In this document: positions 8,531 through 17,361 of the stretch, one piece after another
Layout of the letters: each line of letters opens with the position of its first letter
Position numbering within the stretch: position 1 is the stretch's first letter
Assembly (NCBI GenBank): GCA_937984275.1
Contig: CALJYC010000074.1
Location: forward strand, 1 to 39,825
Direction of reading: 5' to 3'
DNA from: an uncultured bacterium
GTDB taxonomy: Bacteria; Myxococcota_A; Polyangia; Polyangiales; Houyiibacteriaceae
DNA length: 39,825 nucleotides
Notes under the pieces: generated by a model
Seen by the model: only the letters and a program-made list of their open reading frames with translations
Database searches by the model: none
What the model was told of the DNA's origin: nothing
Position numbers and translations under genes: made by a program

Positions 8531-11482
8531 TTACGCCCCCCGGTAAAGCGCGGTTCTCTCGTCGTAGACGAGAAGCTCAGCGCCGGCGTCGAGCGGGTCG
8601 CCCTCGAGGGCCGATTTGTCGGGGCGAAAGCCGTCCGTCATGGGCATGCGTTCGACGCGCTTGACCCACGCCGGGCGTTCGCTTGGGTCCAGCCCGACCG
8701 CAAACTCATTCCAGGCCTGCAAATCGAGACCTTGGTTGCCGTGTGTGACCACCACCGCAACGGGACGATCGGCCCCCTCGTGCTCGACCCCGTACACCAC
8801 GGTGTGACGCAGCGGCGCAAAGCCGTAGAGCGAATCCTCGATCGTGCGGGTCGCGACGACGCCGGCCGCCGTTTTCAGCATTCGGCTGCTCCGATCGACG
8901 AACCAAAAGTCACCGTCGGCGTCGAGGCGCAGCACATCCCAGGTGACGAACCAGGTGTCGTTGGCCTCGAAGACGCCTTGCAACAAACGCCTGCCCGCCT
9001 CATCGCCTCCGGTGAAGCTCGCCAAGGGATGGTCGGCATCGAGTTGCGCGAGCAACACGCCCGCCTCGCCTGCTTCGCACCGAACCAGCCGTCCGTGCTC
9101 GTCGCGGCAGAACTCCTCACTCTCGAAGTCGTACCGAACGAGCGCCACGTCAGCGCTTCCGGGGAGGGGGCGCCCGAGCGCACCCACCTTTTCGCCGGAT
9201 GCGTTGGCCAAGACCGCGTTGCCTTCCGTCGCGGCGTAGAACTCGAGAATGCCGACCGGGCCGAAACGATCGACGATGCGCTGCCACACGTCTCGCCGCA
9301 GACCGCTACCGGCGAACAGACGGATCGGGTTTTCGTTATCGGCGGCGGACGGCTCTGCGCGCAGAAGCTCGCGCAACATCTCTCCCGCGTAGAAGACCAC
9401 CGTAGCGCCATATCGGCGAACATCGTCCCAGAACGCTTCAGGGTCGAAGCCGGTCGCAAGCGCCAAGCGGGAACCTCCGACCAACCCTCCTCCGACCGTC
9501 ACCAACATGCCCGCGGGATGATGAAGCGGCAGGCAGCAGTACACGGTATCCGCTGGAGACAACGTACACGCGGCTGCGGCGCCATAAGCCGAGAACGCCC
9601 AGCGTTGGTTGGTGATCTTGGCTGCGCGTGGCTTCTTGCCGCGCCCCGCGGTGAGCATGATGAGCGCCAGGTCACGCGCGCACCCGGGGTTCGGTTCGTA
9701 CCAGCCAGGAAGCTCCACCGTTTCGGGGTCGATGAGCTCCATGTCGATGACGCCCGGAGGGAGCGTTCGTTGTTCGCGCGCGCCGCCGAGCACGAGCACC
9801 TCGGCGATCAGCTCCTTGCCCAGAGCCGCACTCTCGGGGTCTGCAATGAGGAAGCGCGGAGCGGAGCCATGGAGGGCCTCTTCGAGCGTTTCGCGCGAAC
9901 GGCCCGGGCTCAGCAAGATCGGCACCGCGCCAAGTCGGCTCAAGGCGGCGGTCACCGAGAGATAGCTCGGACGCGGCCCCATCAGGACAGCGACCGGCTC
10001 GCCGCGCCGAACGCCGCAACGGATCAAGCCCCGAACGACACTATCGACTCGCCGGTCCGCTTGCGCGTAGGAAAATGCGCGCCCCTCCCAAAGAAAGAAA
10101 GTCCCCTCGGGGTTGGAAGCCGCCTGCTCGGAGAGGGCGAGACCCAGGCTCACCCGGGTGTCCGGCCGCATCTGTTGCAGAACGCTGAGGCGCGGAACCT
10201 GCCAACGTAGACTGTCGAGCTGCTCACCGAGGTCCGCCGCGGACCGTCCGAGCCGCTGCCACCAAGCGCCAACCGTGCCCACGACGGTTCGATAGAACAG
10301 CTCGATGTCAAAATCGACCTCGTCGAAGTCCGCTTCGTCGGGCTCTTCGAGCGGGGGCGGGGCTTGAAGCACTGGAGGCTCCGGGCCGACCCCTTCGCGC
10401 CAGCGAATCCAGCTCGCGACGGTTGGCCAAGTGAACGACATCGCCTGTCTCCCGACGACGAGACCGAAGTGCCCGGCACGCATGGACACCTCGAACAGCT
10501 CGGCGTTGGGCGCGGCGCCGCGGATGGCGCGGATCGCAGATTCGTTGGCGATCGTGTCCCGCTCGCCGACGAAGAACATCACCGGACAGGTGAGGTCCGC
10601 GAGCGTCACGGTGCGGCCGTCGACGACGAAGCCGCCAGAAAGCATTCGATTATGAACGACGAACTCATCGATGAACTTCTTGAGTGCTGGCCCGGGCCAG
10701 GCCACGAAGCCTTCGCCACCGAGAAACCGCCGGCGCGCTTCGCGTTTCTCGAGCGCCTGCCGGTCGTGCAGCTTCCGAACGAAGTCCATGAGCTGGCCGA
10801 CTTCCTTGTGAACCGCGAGGAGCTTGAACCCTGCGCTCGTCAGAGCCCCGGGCAGGCCTTCGAGCTTGTCTAACGGCGCATCGAGCGCGCCCTGGGCAAG
10901 CTCGAACACACGGCCGGCGATGGTATCGTCTATCTTCGGAAGGTTTCGATGGATGTCGACGGGACTCCCAAACGTCACCAATGAAGCGATGCCCTCCGAC
11001 GCGCGGTACGCAGCGGTCTGATAGGCGAACATCCCGCACTGCGAGTAACCGATGACGTGCACGTCGTGCCCTGTTTCCGCCCGAATCCAATCGATTGAAT
11101 CACTCACCGCCTTGATGTGGTCGTCGAGGGTGCGTTTCATGCCGCCCTCTTCTTGCTCGGGCGAGCCAAAGTCGATGACCCAAACGTCGAGCCCCAATTG
11201 CGTCAGCGCGGTGACACCGCTGATGTCGGGCGCGACGTCGTAGATCTCCGCGGTGACCATCAGTGGAGGAATCATGAGCAGCGGCGCTTCGACAGTCGGG
11301 CGGTGGTCGTCCCCGCCGTAGCGTCGCAGCCGTGCGATGCGCATCTGGTGGGCGACCTTGTACGGCGCATGTTCCGGCTCGGTGAAGTGTCCGAGCCTCG
11401 CCAGCTCGAGGGCGTTCTCGGTAGCCATCGCGATGCGGCGAAAAGGCGCGCGCCAACTTGGTTTTCGGCCTGTCCTTGCCAT
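8531..11482 (-). CDS. Fusion protein: N-terminal alpha/beta-hydrolase (PhaC/lipase-like) + C-terminal FATP-like AMP-forming acyl-CoA synthetase
   Basis: - N-terminus: nucleophile elbow HVIGYSQCG with hydrolase-fold spacing.
- C-terminus: FATP/FadD6-like motifs CCLPLHHPAG, VVFYAGEMLRE, FYAATEGN, FVDRSSRMLK and MPMTDGFRPDK.
- The P-loop is divergent (LTAGRGKKPRAA).
- Start may be ATG 11482 or ATG 11428 (MATENAL...). Confidence 0.85.
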   Translation of the reverse strand: MARTGRKPSWRAPFRRIAMATENALELARLGHFTEPEHAPYKVAHQMRIARLRRYGGDDHRPTVEAPLLMIPPLMVTAEIYDVAPDISGVTALTQLGLDVWVIDFGSPEQEEGGMKRTLDDHIKAVSDSIDWIRAETGHDVHVIGYSQCGMFAYQTAAYRASEGIASLVTFGSPVDIHRNLPKIDDTIAGRVFELAQGALDAPLDKLEGLPGALTSAGFKLLAVHKEVGQLMDFVRKLHDRQALEKREARRRFLGGEGFVAWPGPALKKFIDEFVVHNRMLSGGFVVDGRTVTLADLTCPVMFFVGERDTIANESAIRAIRGAAPNAELFEVSMRAGHFGLVVGRQAMSFTWPTVASWIRWREGVGPEPPVLQAPPPLEEPDEADFDEVDFDIELFYRTVVGTVGAWWQRLGRSAADLGEQLDSLRWQVPRLSVLQQMRPDTRVSLGLALSEQAASNPEGTFFLWEGRAFSYAQADRRVDSVVRGLIRCGVRRGEPVAVLMGPRPSYLSVTAALSRLGAVPILLSPGRSRETLEEALHGSAPRFLIADPESAALGKELIAEVLVLGGAREQRTLPPGVIDMELIDPETVELPGWYEPNPGCARDLALIMLTAGRGKKPRAAKITNQRWAFSAYGAAAACTLSPADTVYCCLPLHHPAGMLVTVGGGLVGGSRLALATGFDPEAFWDDVRRYGATVVFYAGEMLRELLRAEPSAADNENPIRLFAGSGLRRDVWQRIVDRFGPVGILEFYAATEGNAVLANASGEKVGALGRPLPGSADVALVRYDFESEEFCRDEHGRLVRCEAGEAGVLLAQLDADHPLASFTGGDEAGRRLLQGVFEANDTWFVTWDVLRLDADGDFWFVDRSSRMLKTAAGVVATRTIEDSLYGFAPLRHTVVYGVEHEGADRPVAVVVTHGNQGLDLQAWNEFAVGLDPSERPAWVKRVERMPMTDGFRPDKSALEGDPLDAGAELLVYDERTALYRGA

Positions 11483-11561
11483 CGGTCGAACCGTCAGCCT
11501 AGCACCAAGCGAGCGGGAGTTGGAGCCTACCCCTTCGCCGTGTCACAACCGGATTCGCCCG

Positions 11562-13427
11562 ATGACCGTGCTTGCTTCCATCACGATGCCCCCGTTCACC
11601 GACGACGAGCTCGTCGTACTCCGGCGCATCGAGGGCGTCCTCGGGCGACATCCGTACATGCGCGCAGACCTCAGTGCATTGGGCCCGATCGCCAAGGGCC
11701 TCGAGGACGTGCTGAGCACGAGGCTCGCGCTCCTGCATGTAGACGGGTCCACGGCGGGAGACGCCGACAGCGCGGGGCTCCTCGGTAAGCTCCGAGGTTG
11801 GGAAGCGCAGCTGGCGGACGCCGTCATCGACGAGGCGGGTTCGAAGGAGGCCCGTCTTCGGTACGAGACCACCCTTCTTCTGCACCCCGAGCCGCATACC
11901 GAAGAAGAGCGCAGCGCGACCGCGACCAACGTCGCGCGCGTCACAGGCGCATGGGAGCAGCTGCGCGACAACCGGCCCGCGAGGTCGCTCCTTTCCGAGC
12001 GGGTGCAGCAGAACCGCGACTTCTTTCGCCATGGCGCCATGCTGCCTTTCTACTGGGGGAGGCGTCGACGAATTCGCAGGCTCCTTCCTGACGTCGTGAT
12101 CGAAGAGCCCGCACTTCGCGACACGTTGTTTGCAATCGAGCAAATCGGTCCTCTCGTCGATAACTTCGCATTCAAGGGTTCGGGTGGAGTTCCGATCTCG
12201 ACCTCGGTCGCGCTGGCGGACATCGCGTTCCTATACATGCAGCTTGCCGACGAGTTCCTCGACGAGCTGGCGGTGGCGGCGGGTGGCCACGATGCCGCAG
12301 GGCGTCTCGTTCAATCGGTTTACTGCAACGACACCTCCGAGCGTCCGCTGTGCGACCTTTCGCTGGGTCACCTTCGGAAAATCGGCGTCGATCCGGACGC
12401 TCACACGACTAAGTTTGGAATCACGCTCTCGAAGCTGTTCGACGCCCTCGACCAGCTGGCCGTCAGCATCGATGGGCTTCTCGCCAACGCCACCGATGCC
12501 ATCGTGCACGCCACGCATCTGTTCTTGCACCATTGCTTTCAGACCTACTTGGACGAAGCCGATTTGTGCGGGATCGCCGTCGCGCGTCGCGCCGACCAGA
12601 TGCATCTGCGAGACACCGCATGGCATTTCTATCGCAAGAACAACATGGTCATGATGCTCTGGCTCGACCTGCGGGCGCGCCTGCTCGGGCTCGAGCCCGC
12701 AAAGCACGTGACCGTGATCCGCCGCTGGGGATATCTGTTGTCGGCATTCCAGATCTTCGACGACTTGAAGGACATCGCGCTCGACCTCGGAAAGCAGCCA
12801 AGTTACCCGCTCCAAATCGCGGCCAACGACTTCCCCGCGGAGTTCGCGTGGCTCGAGCAGCGCTTCAAGGCAGGGCGCCTTCCCGTCACGCGCGACGAAG
12901 TTCCGGAGGTGAACCTCCGAGCAAGCGGAACGGTGAGACAATGCATGCGATGGAGTCGGCTCATCGCGCTGGCCCACTTCGACAACGCACTGCTTTACGC
13001 ATGGGACCAACGCTGGCGCAAAAGCTGGACACGGCGTCGCAATTCCTTCAACCCGCGTGGCAGCACGACGACCACGGCGCGCGCACATGCGGTGGACCGC
13101 CTGGTCCGCGCGCTGTTGGCGATGCGCGGACCAGAACCGACCCCAGCGGTCGACGACGAACAGCTCGCGTTCGCACTCGATGCGACCGCGTACGAAGGCT
13201 CATGGCAGATCTATTTGGCGCTGTTCCCCAACGTCCGCGCGATCTATCGGTTCGCAACGCTGCGAATGTGGATGACCGCCGAAGAGAAAGCGCAGGCCGC
13301 GCGTCGACTCCTGCGCCGTTACCCCCGCGCGCGAGCGAATGCCTTAGTCGGCCTCGCCGATGGTGATGTCGACCATCAGGTCACCGGCGATCGCCTCGAG
13401 GCTTTCTCGAAGCTGATCGAGATCTAG
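11562..13427 (+). CDS. Divergent isoprenoid-synthase-fold protein (squalene/phytoene-synthase-like motifs) with long N- and C-terminal extensions
   Basis: ATG 11562 (MTVLASITMPPF...) is the first start clear of the divergent upstream gene. Two DxxxD motifs occur in family-like contexts: FLYMQLADEFLDEL, and SAFQIFDDLKDIALDLGKQPSYPL (compare A-x-Q-L-x-N-I-L-R-D-V-x-E-D of CrtB/CrtM/SQS). Coding confidence is higher than functional confidence. Confidence 0.6.
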   Translation: MTVLASITMPPFTDDELVVLRRIEGVLGRHPYMRADLSALGPIAKGLEDVLSTRLALLHVDGSTAGDADSAGLLGKLRGWEAQLADAVIDEAGSKEARLRYETTLLLHPEPHTEEERSATATNVARVTGAWEQLRDNRPARSLLSERVQQNRDFFRHGAMLPFYWGRRRRIRRLLPDVVIEEPALRDTLFAIEQIGPLVDNFAFKGSGGVPISTSVALADIAFLYMQLADEFLDELAVAAGGHDAAGRLVQSVYCNDTSERPLCDLSLGHLRKIGVDPDAHTTKFGITLSKLFDALDQLAVSIDGLLANATDAIVHATHLFLHHCFQTYLDEADLCGIAVARRADQMHLRDTAWHFYRKNNMVMMLWLDLRARLLGLEPAKHVTVIRRWGYLLSAFQIFDDLKDIALDLGKQPSYPLQIAANDFPAEFAWLEQRFKAGRLPVTRDEVPEVNLRASGTVRQCMRWSRLIALAHFDNALLYAWDQRWRKSWTRRRNSFNPRGSTTTTARAHAVDRLVRALLAMRGPEPTPAVDDEQLAFALDATAYEGSWQIYLALFPNVRAIYRFATLRMWMTAEEKAQAARRLLRRYPRARANALVGLADGDVDHQVTGDRLEAFSKLIEI

Positions 13428-13862
13428 CGTCCTCGGCGCGCGCAGCCTGGCTGTCGCCTTGAACAACGTGTCGCCGGACCAGGGCGCGCCATCGCACTCG
13501 GTATTGAGCTCATCGACGTTGACGCCGCGCGCCGCAAGCGCCTCGGAGATCTTATGAACGATGCCCGGGCGATCGCTGCCGATCAGCTCGAGCGCAATCA
13601 CGTGCCCCTCTTCGACCGCGTCTTCGAAGCCGCGTTCGACCACGACGCGAAGCCCGTCCGACCGAAGCCCTTGGAGGCCCTCGGACAAGGCATCCGCGCG
13701 GGCCGCCGGCACGCTCACTCGAAGAATCCCCGCGAACTCCCCGGCCAACCGGGACATCCGGCTCTCCACCCAGTCCCCACCGTGCTCCTCGACCACAGCC
13801 GAAACCACCTCGACCAACCCCGGCCGATCCTTCCCGATCACAGTAACAACAAGCGACTCCAT
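13344..13862 (-). CDS. Tandem ACT-domain protein (GcvR-like regulatory protein)
   Basis: Two ACT-type starts: LVVTVIGKDRPGLVEVVSAVV and VIALELIGSDRPGIVHKISEAL. ATG 13862 is preferred over GTG 13871. Confidence 0.8.
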   Translation of the reverse strand: MESLVVTVIGKDRPGLVEVVSAVVEEHGGDWVESRMSRLAGEFAGILRVSVPAARADALSEGLQGLRSDGLRVVVERGFEDAVEEGHVIALELIGSDRPGIVHKISEALAARGVNVDELNTECDGAPWSGDTLFKATARLRAPRTLDLDQLRESLEAIAGDLMVDITIGEAD

Positions 13863-13908
13863 AGGGGACACGCTCCATACCCGTAATCACCCGACATTCC
13901 AAGGCTTT

Positions 13909-13958
13909 TCAGGCAAAGATCGCAGCGCCTCCACAAGGGCGCTGCGATCTTTGCCTGA
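13909..13958. promoter_or_regulatory. Perfect 21-bp inverted repeat (8-nt spacer) centred in a divergent intergenic region; candidate operator or structured element
   Basis: TCAGGCAAAGATCGCAGCGCC (13909-13929), spacer tccacaag, GGCGCTGCGATCTTTGCCTGA (13938-13958). It lies 46 nt from ATG 13862 (minus strand) and 45 nt from ATG 14004 (plus strand). No flanking U-tract in either orientation. Confidence 0.5.
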
Positions 13959-14003
13959 GAAGCGACTAGATCTCGGGGAGTTAGGACCGTAGAGCGTGTC
14001 CCC

Positions 14004-15146
14004 ATGTTCGCGAAGCGTACGCAGGAGGTGGAGCCGTTCCTTGCGATGGAAGTCATGGAGCGGGGGATGGCGATGGCGCGAGCCGGGACGCCGATCGTTC
14101 AGCTTGGCGTGGGGGAGCCGAACTTCGATGCGCCGCCGGCCGCTGTTCAGGCTGCGGTCGACTCGTTGGTGTCGGGTGAGACCCACTATACGGACAGCCG
14201 AGGTCTGTTCGTCTTGCGCGAAGCGATCGCCCAGGACTGTGAACGGCGTCGTGGGGTCGCGGTGGATCCCGATCACGTGGTGGTCACCAGCGGAACCTCG
14301 CCGGCAATCCTGTTGTGCTTGAACCTGCTGGTCGACCCCGGCGACGAAGTGATCCTTGCGACACCGCACTACCCTTGTTACCCGAACATGATCGCCGTCT
14401 GCGGTGGCAAGCCGATTCTAGTGCCGACCGGTCCCGAGGACGGCTTCGTGATGGACGTCGCCAAGGTGCGGGCCGCGATCACTCCCAGAACGCGCGCGAT
14501 CTTCCTTGCGTCGCCCGCCAACCCAACCGGCGCGGTGCAACCCAAAGAAGTCGTCGAGGAGCTCAGCGACCTCGGCATCCCGATCCTGTCAGATGAAATC
14601 TACGACGGGCTGACCTATGACGGCGCACGCGTGACCTCCCCGCTGGGTTTCACGGAGAACTGCTACGTGCTCGACGGATTCTCGAAGCGCTATGCGATGA
14701 CGGGCTTTCGCCTGGGCTACCTCATCGCCCCCCAGATCGCGATGCGACCCTTGCAAAGCTTGATGCAGAGCTTTTTCATCTCGACGTCGCAGTTCGTTCA
14801 GCAGGCGGGCATCTCGGCGCTGGCCCACGGCGCCGAACACGTCGAGCACATGCGCGGCCAATACGCCATTCGCAGGCGCATCCTGATCGATGGCCTTCGG
14901 GACATGGGGCTCTCGATCCCCATCGACCCGCCGGGCGCATTCTACGTACTGGTCGACATGCGCCACTTCGAGCGCGACTCGCTAACGCTGTCCTTTGACA
15001 TTCTCGAGAAGGCCCACGTCGCGCTCGGCCCCGGACGCGACTTTGGAGAAGCCGCCGAAGGCTTCGTCCGCTTCAGCTTTGCAACGTCGAGCGAGGAAAT
15101 CGAAGAGGGGTTGCGCCGCTTGGCCCGCGTGATCCCCCAGCTCTGA
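14004..15146 (+). CDS. PLP-dependent aminotransferase, class I/II (aspartate/aromatic aminotransferase-like)
   Basis: 380 aa. Contains LGVGEPNFD, NPTGAV and the PLP-lysine context FSKRYAMTGFRLGY. Confidence 0.9.
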   Translation: MFAKRTQEVEPFLAMEVMERGMAMARAGTPIVQLGVGEPNFDAPPAAVQAAVDSLVSGETHYTDSRGLFVLREAIAQDCERRRGVAVDPDHVVVTSGTSPAILLCLNLLVDPGDEVILATPHYPCYPNMIAVCGGKPILVPTGPEDGFVMDVAKVRAAITPRTRAIFLASPANPTGAVQPKEVVEELSDLGIPILSDEIYDGLTYDGARVTSPLGFTENCYVLDGFSKRYAMTGFRLGYLIAPQIAMRPLQSLMQSFFISTSQFVQQAGISALAHGAEHVEHMRGQYAIRRRILIDGLRDMGLSIPIDPPGAFYVLVDMRHFERDSLTLSFDILEKAHVALGPGRDFGEAAEGFVRFSFATSSEEIEEGLRRLARVIPQL

Positions 15147-15149
15147 CGC

Positions 15150-17299
<2,150 letters not shown>

Positions 17300-17361
17300 G
17301 TCGTCTTTTTGGGTGATGTTGTGACAATTGGGTCCGGCTAAGGCAGCTTGTTAGGTTGGGG

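Noticed and set aside
8351-10210. 619-aa plus-strand ORF, and similar long ORFs at 604-1380, 1999-2808, 2837-3880, 2987-4348, 12231-13088, 15480-16487, 17338-18063, 22057-22968, 24109-24912, 25691-26740, 27749-28717, 32481-33401, 34854-35738, 36603-37193, 37260-37937 and 38902-39723
   Set aside because: All overlap, antisense or off-frame, genes with clear family motifs. Their translations are Arg/Pro/Ser/His-rich with no motifs. This is typical of stop-codon-poor shadow frames in high-GC DNA.
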